A stretch of 64,000 nt of DNA. It comes from Planctomycetota bacterium (GTDB lineage Bacteria > Planctomycetota > GCA-002687715 > DRQF01). Position 1 is the stretch's first letter; each line of letters starts with the position of its first letter. Of the stretch, positions 1 through 8,701 are shown piece by piece. Location: contig JALTLO010000141.1 in NCBI GenBank assembly GCA_027001995.1, forward strand, positions 65,336-129,335, in the 5' to 3' direction. Position numbers and translations under genes: made by a program. The notes under the pieces are model-generated. The model was not told where the DNA came from. It made no database searches and saw only the letters and a program-made list of their open reading frames with translations.

Positions 1-976
1 GCATGGCAAATACGTTCATCCACAGATGCAAACCCTCGCTCGTGCCGGATGCAGCAGCATCAAGCAGATTATCGTGAGCTGGTTTGAATTCGCTATCCAT
101 ACCAGCGCCGGTGGCGCTCTTTTCCGTCTCTGGAATGATCACCTTGGAAATAGCAAACGCTGCCGGTGCGGACATAACTGAGGCAATCAAGAGATGGGGA
201 ATGTACTCACTCCCTCCTCCCTCTGACAGCATGGCGATGTACACCGCCAAGACGCTTCCCGCGACAGTGGCGAAACCACCAGTCATCAAGCTCATCAACT
301 CGGATTTTGTCATATCCGGAACAAATCTTCGAACCACTAAGGGAGCTTCCGTCTGGCCAACGAAGATGTTGGCAGCCATGGCCATGGATTCGGCCCCTGT
401 GACCCCCAAGAGACGATTCATGATTTTGGCAAGAAGCAAGATCACGTAATGCATGACTCGCAGGTGATAGAGAACGGACATAAGGCAAGAAAAGAAGATG
501 ATTGTTGGCAAAGCCTTGAAGGCTAAAGCGGGATAATTCTGATCCCCTGTCACCAAACCACCAAAAACAAGAGTCGCACCTTCCGTGGCAAACTCGAGGA
601 GCTTGGTAATAAAAGTGGAGACTTTGTCAAAGAAATCGTAGCCGATGTCCCACTTAATGAGAAAGAGGCCCATCAAGATTTGCATAGCAACCGCACCCAA
701 AACGAGCTTCCAGGGCATCTTCTTGCGGTGCAAACTCATAAGCCAGGCAAGGCCAAGAAGCGTACTCAGGCCCATAAGACCGCGAAACACGGAGACAATG
801 CTCCAGGGTTTCACAGGAGTGGGCTGATGAGCCGCCTCCGTCGGTATACTTCCGGCCTCAATCGTACTTCCGGTCTCATTTTGGCCAGCTCTTTCTTGAC
901 TCCAGACAGGAGGCACCAAAATGGCTAAAACGAGGGTAATCAGGGCCAATCTGGCCCCCCCTGAAAAACTCTGCAT
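1..976 (-). CDS. nupC: NupC/CNT-family concentrative nucleoside transporter (3' end runs off the window)
   Basis: Not in the ORF track because it is truncated. Hand translation from ATG 976 gives MQSFSGGARLALITLVLAILVPPVWSQ...SIVSVFRGLMGLSTLLGLAWLMSLHRKKMPWKLVLGAVAMQ, the CNT N-terminus. Later CNT motifs include AANIFVGQTEAPL and GGFATVAGSV. Confidence 0.9.
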   Translation of the reverse strand, partial: MQSFSGGARLALITLVLAILVPPVWSQERAGQNETGSTIEAGSIPTEAAHQPTPVKPWSIVSVFRGLMGLSTLLGLAWLMSLHRKKMPWKLVLGAVAMQILMGLFLIKWDIGYDFFDKVSTFITKLLEFATEGATLVFGGLVTGDQNYPALAFKALPTIIFFSCLMSVLYHLRVMHYVILLLAKIMNRLLGVTGAESMAMAANIFVGQTEAPLVVRRFVPDMTKSELMSLMTGGFATVAGSVLAVYIAMLSEGGGSEYIPHLLIASVMSAPAAFAISKVIIPETEKSATGAGMDSEFKPAHDNLLDAAASGTSEGLHLWMNVFAM

Positions 977-1075
977 CAGCAATTCCCTTTCCCCTGGTGA
1001 CAACTCGGGGCGGAATTCTATCATGAGTGCGCCAGGGATGCCCCGTCCCCCAGGCCAGAAAACAAAGGAAAAGCA

Positions 1076-2464
1076 ATGAACCCGTCGATTTTTAGAGAAT
1101 ACGACATCCGAGGCCTTGTTGGAAAAGACCTGGATAGCGAAACCGTCCATCTTGTTGGCCAAGCATTTGGGACAAGACTCATCCGATCCGGCAAGAAAGC
1201 TGTGGTTCTTGGGCGAGACGTCCGAGAATCCTCAACACAATTCGCCCGAGACTTAGCTGCTGGATTGCAATCGACGGGTTTGAACGTCTTTGACACTGGC
1301 GTGGTCCCGACACCAGTTCTCTACTATGCCATTATCAAACACAGCATGGATGGCGGACTCATGATCACGGGATCACACAATCCCGTGGCCTATAACGGCA
1401 TCAAAATCTGTGAAGGGACGTTAGCGATCTACGGTTCGTCAATCCAAGAATTGCTTGCCATGATTGAAGCGAAAGATTTCGTCACCGGAGAAGGCCAACT
1501 CAAGAGCCTGGAAGTGTTGGAGGACTATAAGAACCAACTTCTCGAACGCTTCCAATTCACCAAGAATACCACCGTCGTCGTCGACACGGGTAACGGAGTA
1601 TCAGGTCCTTTGGTTGTGGAAGTTTTGGAGCGGGCAGGGCTTTCCGTAAGCGGCCTCTACATTGAACCAGACGGGACTTTCCCCAATCACTTACCCGACC
1701 CAGAAGTTCCCAAATACATGGCTGACCTCATGGCCAAAGTCGTCCAAGACAAAGCTGCTGTTGGCTTCGGGTTCGACGGAGACGGCGACCGCTTGGGGGT
1801 CATCAATGACCAAGGCAAGAAAATCAGCGCTGACTGGCTCTTGGCTCTCTTTGCCCGAGATCTCTTGGAACGCCATCCCAAGGGGATTGTGCGTTTCGAC
1901 GTCAAGTGCAGTGACTATTTATTCGAAGACGTCAGGAATCATGGTGGTGAGCCCATCATGGGACGAACCGGCCACTCAATTCTTAAGGCCGACATGAAAG
2001 AGCTGGACGCCATCATCGGCGGCGAGCTGTCAGGGCACATTGTCTATGGCCGCGAATACTTCTTGATCGACGATCCCCTTTATTGCGCTCTGAAAATCAT
2101 CGAATTGATGGAGAAGCAAGAGAAGTCATCTTCTGGTCTCTTCGACTCGTTCCCGAAAACATTCAGCACAGCGGAGATCAAAGCTCCAGTGCCAGAAGAC
2201 AAGAAATTCCAAGTAGTCAAAGACTTGGTTGATGTGTTCAGAAAAGAGAAAGACGTCATCACCATGGATGGTGGGCGTGTCGTTTACGAAGCCGGATGGG
2301 GATTGGTGCGAGCCAGCAACACCACGGCCAACCTCACCCTTCGGTTCGAAGCACGCTCAGCAAACGTCCTTTGTGAAATCGTTGATGACTTCCTCAAAAA
2401 GCTCTCCGCCTTTGACTTCATTGACCTCGACAACCTGAAGGAGGCTCGTTCCCAATGCGCTTAA
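1076..2464 (+). CDS. Phosphomannomutase/phosphoglucomutase (alpha-D-phosphohexomutase)
   Basis: FREYDIRG N-terminus, catalytic TGSHNP, metal loop FDGDGDR, sugar loop GELSGH, C-terminal VRASNT. Confidence 0.93.
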   Translation: MNPSIFREYDIRGLVGKDLDSETVHLVGQAFGTRLIRSGKKAVVLGRDVRESSTQFARDLAAGLQSTGLNVFDTGVVPTPVLYYAIIKHSMDGGLMITGSHNPVAYNGIKICEGTLAIYGSSIQELLAMIEAKDFVTGEGQLKSLEVLEDYKNQLLERFQFTKNTTVVVDTGNGVSGPLVVEVLERAGLSVSGLYIEPDGTFPNHLPDPEVPKYMADLMAKVVQDKAAVGFGFDGDGDRLGVINDQGKKISADWLLALFARDLLERHPKGIVRFDVKCSDYLFEDVRNHGGEPIMGRTGHSILKADMKELDAIIGGELSGHIVYGREYFLIDDPLYCALKIIELMEKQEKSSSGLFDSFPKTFSTAEIKAPVPEDKKFQVVKDLVDVFRKEKDVITMDGGRVVYEAGWGLVRASNTTANLTLRFEARSANVLCEIVDDFLKKLSAFDFIDLDNLKEARSQCA

Positions 2465-4251
2465 CTCTCTCTTTGATCCTCCTGAGTCTTGTCACGCAAA
2501 CCCTGAAGGCCCAAGACAACCTCATCGCTAACATGGCCAAAATTGAAGCCCGCGTTCTCCCCATGCCACCTTGGCCATGGGCGAAAGTCGATGGCCAAAA
2601 AGACGCCGATGTGCTTCGAAAGCTCCTTCCCCCGCAATCGGAAGAACGTTTTCTTTATGGTTGGAGGAGCCACCCAAGTTTGCACCCCCTATTTCGAAGG
2701 GAAGCTTGGGAGATCATCGCAAACATCAAGTCTCCTCCTTCACTCAGGCAAGCCGCGGCCTACTTGATCATGCGTACCGCCACCGTCAAAGACCAAGACG
2801 CTCTCATTGAACAAATGAAAAAGGAAGAAGATGATGCCGTTGCAGGGCTTATGGTTCGGGCCATTGGGCGCGTAGGCATTCCTTTCACCTTAGACGCCAT
2901 TGAAGATCAATTCGACGCCCGCGGCGACCTTACTTTTCGCACCCGTTGCCTGCGGGCCATTCCGGGAATTTTCTTGGCTGAAGACAAAGGCAACCCAGAC
3001 GACAGCAAGCAACAAGCCCGCCGCTTGATCGAAAAGAAGTTTGCCCTCCGTCTCATCCTCAATGCAGTGAAGAGTGGCGAACAAGTCCTCAAACGGAGCG
3101 CCTTAGAATCCTTAGATCGAATTGCGTCCAAGCTAAACTTGGAAGCGAATGGCAGACAGGGCCTTGCTCTTTTCCTCTACGCTGTGGCCACTGAAGATCC
3201 CTCCGACACTGTACGTATAGTGGCCATGCAAGCCCTGGCAAAGATCATGCCCACCACCTACGAAACCCTGCTTCCAACCTTACGTCTCCACAAGAATTTC
3301 ATTCTACGAGCCGGTTATGCCAAACCTCTACTGCATGCCTCCTCAATTCCATTCGAAAATGCGAAGATATTCTTGTCAGATCGAGACGCTCGGGTTCGAG
3401 CTGCTGCCATCGAAGGTTTGATTGCCAGTGATCGCAAGGAAAGAAATGAGACCCTCCTCTCTTTGTTGAAGAAAGAAACTGACGAAGTGGCCTTGGCCTT
3501 GGCCCTTGACGGTTTAGCCAAAGGGAGTCCCCCGTCAAAGATGACCGCACCATGGCGGACAAGTTACCTTCGTGCCTATGCCATCATGCCCCCATCTCAG
3601 GCCGAGACCAAACAGAGCGTCTTAAAACTTGCCTTGAAAATCGGAGAAGAGAAAGACATTCAATTCTTGCAAGGCGTCATGACCCACGACCCCGAGTTGG
3701 CCATCCGGACAATGGCCCGTGCCATGTTGATCAAGTCTGGGATGAATGAGAAAGAGATAGCCAAGGTCAAACCCTTGGCCATCGACCTTGAGAAAGCAAA
3801 ACGTGCTCTGGCAATGAGAGGCAACAAAGACTTAGAAGTCTACATCCACACGACACAGGGGACCATCACACTAAGTTTGCGGCCTGACAAAGCTCCTTAT
3901 ACTGTCTTGAATTTCATCGACCTGGCCAAGTCAGGCTACTACGAAGGTATTCGATTCCACCGCGTGATCCCCGACTTTGTTGCCCAAGCTGGTTGTCCCC
4001 GCGGTGATGGTTGGGGAGGCCCAGGTTACACAATTCGCTGTGAGATCAATGACTTAACATTTGAGAGGGGAACTCTTGGCATGGCTTTGGCTGGACAGGA
4101 CACGGGGGGCTCTCAGTGGTTTATTTGTCACAGTCCCACGCCCCACTTAGATGGGCGTTACACCATTTTCGGCAAAATGACCGATGGCTTTGATGTTCTG
4201 GATGCACTCACCCAAGATGACATCATTGAGAGCGTCAAAGTGGTGGAGTGA
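2455..4251 (+). CDS. Exported HEAT-repeat protein with C-terminal cyclophilin-type peptidyl-prolyl isomerase
   Basis: Signal peptide, HEAT-like repeats (DARVRAAAIEGL), cyclophilin motifs FHRVIPDFVAQAG, GMALAGQDTGGSQWFI and HLDGRYTIFG. Confidence 0.88.
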   Translation: MRLTLSLILLSLVTQTLKAQDNLIANMAKIEARVLPMPPWPWAKVDGQKDADVLRKLLPPQSEERFLYGWRSHPSLHPLFRREAWEIIANIKSPPSLRQAAAYLIMRTATVKDQDALIEQMKKEEDDAVAGLMVRAIGRVGIPFTLDAIEDQFDARGDLTFRTRCLRAIPGIFLAEDKGNPDDSKQQARRLIEKKFALRLILNAVKSGEQVLKRSALESLDRIASKLNLEANGRQGLALFLYAVATEDPSDTVRIVAMQALAKIMPTTYETLLPTLRLHKNFILRAGYAKPLLHASSIPFENAKIFLSDRDARVRAAAIEGLIASDRKERNETLLSLLKKETDEVALALALDGLAKGSPPSKMTAPWRTSYLRAYAIMPPSQAETKQSVLKLALKIGEEKDIQFLQGVMTHDPELAIRTMARAMLIKSGMNEKEIAKVKPLAIDLEKAKRALAMRGNKDLEVYIHTTQGTITLSLRPDKAPYTVLNFIDLAKSGYYEGIRFHRVIPDFVAQAGCPRGDGWGGPGYTIRCEINDLTFERGTLGMALAGQDTGGSQWFICHSPTPHLDGRYTIFGKMTDGFDVLDALTQDDIIESVKVVE

Positions 4252-4265
4252 TTCCGACCTTCCTC

Positions 4266-4309
4266 CTCCGAGAAGAAGGCCCTCTCAAGTCGGGCCTTCT
4301 TCTTTGGAG
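4266..4309. terminator. Bidirectional hairpin terminator between convergent genes
   Basis: AGAAGAAGGCCC-N9-GGGCCTTCTTCT perfect 12-bp stem between the stops at 4251 and 4313. Confidence 0.75.
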
Positions 4310-4312
4310 AGG

Positions 4313-5224
4313 TTATTTCTTCTTGGGTAAGGTGAATGCCACCATCGCTGACATACTCACGGTACCGTCGATCACAACGCCAATTTCACCCTGGGGTCCC
4401 TTGACTGTGCCATTGCCTTTGATGGGCCCTTTTACTTCAGCTTTATAAGCCCAAAGATTCTTGATTCCAATGAGGAACTGACCATTGATGTCAGAGGTGA
4501 CATCAAGTCCCCGAGCCTTCATACGGCTCATATCTAGCTCAAGCTTGACATCGAAAACGCCGCATTCGACGCCCAGAAAAGTCTTCTTCCCTTTGAGAGT
4601 CAAGGTAATTGAAGAGAAATTTTTGCCGCCGTCGCCAGCTCCGAAGATTTTATTGGCGTCGTCGCTGGAAACCTTGATGGTCTCTCCCATAAGGACTTCA
4701 CGCTCACCAATGAGAGTTCCAATCCTCTTGAAAGGATCAACGAGGGTACCCTGCTCAACCTTTGACTTCAGGTCTTTTCGAAGAGCGGACATTTCCTTTT
4801 CAGAAATCTCTTCCCCATCAACTGTGGTCGCTTTCACCGCTCCGTCCACCAAAGTGACCAGATAGGTCTTTTCCTCCAACGGTGATTGATCCGAACTCTC
4901 TCGCTCTTGCCCACCTTGATTCATCTTGGTGCTGCTAGAATTTTTCTTGTAGGCAATCTTTGCTTGGGTGACTCCTTTTTCGCCCACTGCCAAGACTGTA
5001 ATCATCTTAATTGACTTCCCTTTGGAGTCTGCCGTCATGGTTTGAGGAGGCTGTCCGGGCATTGTAACCACTTGGGTTGTCTTGTTGGCTGTTGACCTAG
5101 CCACATTCATCACCGTGCCCTTGGTGACCATGGCCTTGGTGAATTTGATTTTCTCTTGCCCCAAGGCCGGAGAAACCAGCAGCGAAAGAAGCAAGAATGC
5201 TGAAGGAAGATGCCGGATGCTCAT
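4313..5224 (-). CDS. Hypothetical exported beta-rich protein
   Basis: Long ORF with signal peptide (MSIRHLPSAFLLLSLLVSPALG-Q); no family recognised. Confidence 0.75.
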   Translation of the reverse strand: MSIRHLPSAFLLLSLLVSPALGQEKIKFTKAMVTKGTVMNVARSTANKTTQVVTMPGQPPQTMTADSKGKSIKMITVLAVGEKGVTQAKIAYKKNSSSTKMNQGGQERESSDQSPLEEKTYLVTLVDGAVKATTVDGEEISEKEMSALRKDLKSKVEQGTLVDPFKRIGTLIGEREVLMGETIKVSSDDANKIFGAGDGGKNFSSITLTLKGKKTFLGVECGVFDVKLELDMSRMKARGLDVTSDINGQFLIGIKNLWAYKAEVKGPIKGNGTVKGPQGEIGVVIDGTVSMSAMVAFTLPKKK

Positions 5225-5257
5225 AGGATTCTCCAATCGTCGTCGATAGGGTTAGGG

Positions 5258-6055
5258 CTAAAGGTCAGCCTGATAAAGTTCAACAAAGGTTTGAAGCGCA
5301 ACATCAATGGCCGAATCTTCAGCTTCAATTTTGCGCGTCGGATCAATAAATTTGTTTGTCCTGCGATTGGCAAAAACAGTGCAAACCGCTCCAGCACGGA
5401 AACCCCGCATAGCACAGAGGGTAAAAAGAGCACTCGTTTCCATTTCCATGTTCTTGACGCCCATTCTTGCCAATTGTTCCGGCAAATCTGGCCAACGAGG
5501 CGGAAAACCAAGGCCTTCCCGACCTTGAGCCCCATAGAACCCAGGAGCAGTAGCGGTGATGCCGATATGGAAGTTCTTCTTCAGTCCTTGAGCAGCGGCC
5601 TTCAAAGCTGCCACAACTTCGTAATGAGCGACTGCCGGAAAACCCTCATGGACGAAAAACGTTGACGTGTTCTCCAAACGCAGAGAAGCAGTAGAAACAA
5701 CGAGATCTTCGATATTCATGTCAGCCTGCAGACCTCCACAAGTGCCGACGCGAATAAACGTCGGATTCTCGACAAGCTGGCACAATTCGATGACAGCGAT
5801 CTCTGTGTTGTCCGGGCCCATGCCAGTCGCCATCACGGTCAAAGGAATCCCTTGAAAAATTCCGCTATGAGTGACGTATTCTCGGTTTCGCACCGTGTGG
5901 TTCACTTGATCAAAACGCTTCGCGATACGCTCTGCTCGGGCCGGATCGCCGCAAGTCAAGATGTAAGGTGTCACCTCTTCAGCCGTTAGTCCAATGTGAT
6001 ATTGGCGGCCATCTTGATCTTGAACGACTTCCGCAGATTCAAATCCCTCACTCAT
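5258..6055 (-). CDS. udp: Uridine/nucleoside phosphorylase (PNP_UDP family)
   Basis: QYHIGL, GDPAR, REY, RVGTCG, FYGAQGR and NMEME motifs. Confidence 0.88.
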   Translation of the reverse strand: MSEGFESAEVVQDQDGRQYHIGLTAEEVTPYILTCGDPARAERIAKRFDQVNHTVRNREYVTHSGIFQGIPLTVMATGMGPDNTEIAVIELCQLVENPTFIRVGTCGGLQADMNIEDLVVSTASLRLENTSTFFVHEGFPAVAHYEVVAALKAAAQGLKKNFHIGITATAPGFYGAQGREGLGFPPRWPDLPEQLARMGVKNMEMETSALFTLCAMRGFRAGAVCTVFANRRTNKFIDPTRKIEAEDSAIDVALQTFVELYQADL

Positions 6056-6061
6056 TCTTGC

Positions 6062-6874
6062 CTACTCCGATACAATCTTGATCCCAGCACTAGCCCCGAT
6101 ACGGGTGGCACCAGCTCTAACCATTGTCAAGAGGTCTTCGCGATTGCGCACACCTCCAGACGCTTTCACCCCCAGAGCATTGCCAACGGTGCTACGCATC
6201 AGAGCCACATCGTCAGGAGTTGCTCCACCACCGGCAAACCCCGTGGATGTCTTGACGAAATCGGCTCCCGCATCCCGCGCCAAGCGGCAGGCCATCGCCT
6301 TTTCCTCATCAGTTAGAAGGCAAGTTTCAATAATGACCTTAACCAAACTACCTTGACGCCTTGCTCCGCAGACGGCGGCGATGTCGTTGCGCACATACTC
6401 CGCCTCTCCAGACTTCAAGCGTCCGACGTTAATCACCATGTCTAACTCGCGAGCGCCGTCATCTTGAGCCCGCCTTGCTTCGAAGGCTTTGACCTCGGGA
6501 GGTGTGGCACCCAAAGGAAATCCGATCACTGTACAAACCACCACCCCACTCCCGGCGAGTTTCCTGGCACAGTGGGAAACCCACGATGGATTGACGCAAA
6601 CGGACTTAAATCGATGTTGCGCCGCTTCCGCGCAAAGCTCGTCAATTTGTTTCCTGGTGGCATCTGGTTTGAGAAGCGTATGGTCGATGAGCGCTCCTAC
6701 CGTAGCTGCAACAGGAGCCCCACCGGGACGAATAGCCACACGATCAGCACCAGCACCAATGAGGTCGGCAATAGCAGATCCTCGGCTCATACGAGAAGCC
6801 TGTTCCTGCTCAATCTGAACCCGTCGATAAATCTCTTCGGTGAGCCTGTCAATGAGGCCGTCGCGGTCAAACAT
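6062..6874 (-). CDS. deoC: Deoxyribose-phosphate aldolase with N-terminal encapsulation-peptide-like extension
   Basis: [15 protein letters not shown] (Schiff-base Lys) and GVKASGG motifs. ATG 6874 has a GAGGA RBS. About 55 extra N-terminal residues. Confidence 0.95.
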   Translation of the reverse strand: MFDRDGLIDRLTEEIYRRVQIEQEQASRMSRGSAIADLIGAGADRVAIRPGGAPVAATVGALIDHTLLKPDATRKQIDELCAEAAQHRFKSVCVNPSWVSHCARKLAGSGVVVCTVIGFPLGATPPEVKAFEARRAQDDGARELDMVINVGRLKSGEAEYVRNDIAAVCGARRQGSLVKVIIETCLLTDEEKAMACRLARDAGADFVKTSTGFAGGGATPDDVALMRSTVGNALGVKASGGVRNREDLLTMVRAGATRIGASAGIKIVSE

Positions 6875-6977
6875 CAAATTCCTCTTCATTGCCCCCAAAT
6901 CTGGGGTTATTCACAGTCACGTATCCTACTGATTCTCACCAGAACCATCTACGAAGGCGATTGGCCTGTGCTGGTCC

Positions 6978-7250
6978 TTATTCGGAAAGTCGAAAATCAT
7001 CGACGATGGCGATGACCAAACATTGGACCGGACACCTGGGATCTCCCAGGATAATGCGGGCTCCGCCACCTTCTTTCATAACCAAGCAAAGATCGCCTTT
7101 CCCAGCAGAGACGCGATCGAGGGCCAAAAGCGGGGCCCCATCCACGCGGCCCCCTGCGTTCAGCGGCTGACAAATGAGAATGCGCCCCGTGGAGCCATCG
7201 AGAGTCGAAACAGATGCATGAACGCTTCCTTCAATACGACAGAGCTTCAT
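6978..7250 (-). CDS. BMC vertex (pentamer) protein, EutN/CcmL family
   Basis: MKLCRIEGSVHAS...ALDRVSAGKGDLCLV..EGGGAR...IAIVD pattern. Confidence 0.88.
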   Translation of the reverse strand: MKLCRIEGSVHASVSTLDGSTGRILICQPLNAGGRVDGAPLLALDRVSAGKGDLCLVMKEGGGARIILGDPRCPVQCLVIAIVDDFRLSE

Positions 7251-7540
7251 GAACTCTCTCCGCCAAAATCAATGCGGTCAACGATGCCAATAATGCCCGC
7301 ATCAATCAGTGCAGTCTTGTATTGAGGGTTCTGGTCAACCCAAGGAAGAACCGCCTCATAAGCCGTGGTGTAGAAAACGATTTCGCCGAATCCAGCCCCA
7401 ACCATGTCAACCGCAGCCAGGGGGGGGCCACAAGGAACTTTCGCCCCGTCAACAGGCTCAATGATGAGCATTTTTGCTGTGGCAACATGGGGGTCTTTCT
7501 GAGTGGCATGAACCGTGCCTATGACGCGGGCTAAGTGCAC
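7247..7540 (-). CDS. BMC vertex (pentamer) protein, EutN/CcmL family
   Basis: MHLARVIGTVHATQKD...AVDMVGAGFGE...DAGIIGIVD. Confidence 0.93.
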   Translation of the reverse strand: MHLARVIGTVHATQKDPHVATAKMLIIEPVDGAKVPCGPPLAAVDMVGAGFGEIVFYTTAYEAVLPWVDQNPQYKTALIDAGIIGIVDRIDFGGESS

Positions 7541-8299
7541 CTAACGCTCCAACTCGATAATCTTGTCAACTCGTCCTTGATGGCGGCCACCGGCAAATTC
7601 GGTCTTCAGGAAAACAGCAGTAATCGCTTTAGCAAGCAAGTCACCAATCACCCGGCCTCCCAAAGTCAAAACGTTAGCGTCATTGTGCTCGCGGGCGTTC
7701 TTGGCTTCGACGACGTTGCTACAGTGAGCCGCTCGCACCCCGGCAATCTTGTTGGCTGCCATGGCCGAACCGATACCAGCACCGTCGACAATGATTCCAT
7801 GACAGAACTGCCCCTCGGCCACCCCCCGGGCGACCTTGGCTGCGAAGTCTGGATAATCAACAGCGTCTTCGCTGAAAGTGCCCAAATCGACGCAAGACAT
7901 GTGGGCTTCCGATTCGAGGAATTGAATGAGTGATTCCTTCATAACAAAGCCGCCATGGTCCGAACCGATGCCGACTTGGGCTTGATGGCAGGCCCCACTG
8001 CTCTTTTGCAACGACTTCTTTATGCGACGAACCACCGCCGCTTCATCCGGAGTCATTTCCTCTTGGACGCCATAACGCGACATGGCATCTCGAGCAGAAG
8101 GGGTCACAAGAGCATGGGGGGCGACGAAAATCCCCCGGCCTTCCCGGTGAGCCTCCATGACTTCTAACTCAGTAATCAACTCCCGGCCGGCGTAGTTGGG
8201 CTCGTCTGCTAAGGGCTTTCGTTTGCTATCCGATTGGGACAAATCACGATCAACGACGTCTTCTACAATGGCGCGAATCCTGGATCGATCTAAGGTCAT
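7541..8299 (-). CDS. rpiB: RpiB/LacA/LacB-family sugar-phosphate isomerase with about 105-aa N-terminal extension
   Basis: GSDHGG, DYPD, GIGSAMAANK, AREHNDANVL and FAGGRH motifs. The extension includes RIRAIVEDVVDRDL and ALVTPSARD. Confidence 0.9.
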   Translation of the reverse strand: MTLDRSRIRAIVEDVVDRDLSQSDSKRKPLADEPNYAGRELITELEVMEAHREGRGIFVAPHALVTPSARDAMSRYGVQEEMTPDEAAVVRRIKKSLQKSSGACHQAQVGIGSDHGGFVMKESLIQFLESEAHMSCVDLGTFSEDAVDYPDFAAKVARGVAEGQFCHGIIVDGAGIGSAMAANKIAGVRAAHCSNVVEAKNAREHNDANVLTLGGRVIGDLLAKAITAVFLKTEFAGGRHQGRVDKIIELER

Positions 8300-8616
8300 G
8301 AAAGCGCCTCCGGATTCACATGACGGGAATCAAACTCTTCCCAGTCACGTTCTTCAACATGGAAATCGTCGATAATTGCCATGATCACAGCGTCAACCGG
8401 CTTACCCTCCGTAAGGTCGGATTGCCTAGCCGATGAGCCTTGGGCGACCAAAACGAGCTCCCCAGGACCGGCTCCCACGCTGTCTACAGCAACAACGATG
8501 GAGGCAGAATGCTCCCGATTGCTATCAATAGGGCTCACCGCCAGAAACTTCATCCGCTCAAGACGGCTGTCTTTCTGGGTAGCCCAAATTTCTCCGACAA
8601 CTCTTGCAAGAAGCAT
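8296..8616 (-). CDS. BMC vertex (pentamer) protein, EutN/CcmL family
   Basis: MLLARVVGEIWATQKD...VAVDSVGAGPGELVLVAQGSSAR...PVDAVIMAIID. Confidence 0.95.
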   Translation of the reverse strand: MLLARVVGEIWATQKDSRLERMKFLAVSPIDSNREHSASIVVAVDSVGAGPGELVLVAQGSSARQSDLTEGKPVDAVIMAIIDDFHVEERDWEEFDSRHVNPEALS

Positions 8617-8701
8617 ATGGTGGACTCACTCGTTACGTTTATGACAGTACTCAGGTTAGAGTAATCGCCTCCTGAATCAAGACTCAGAAATTGGACCTCA
8701 A

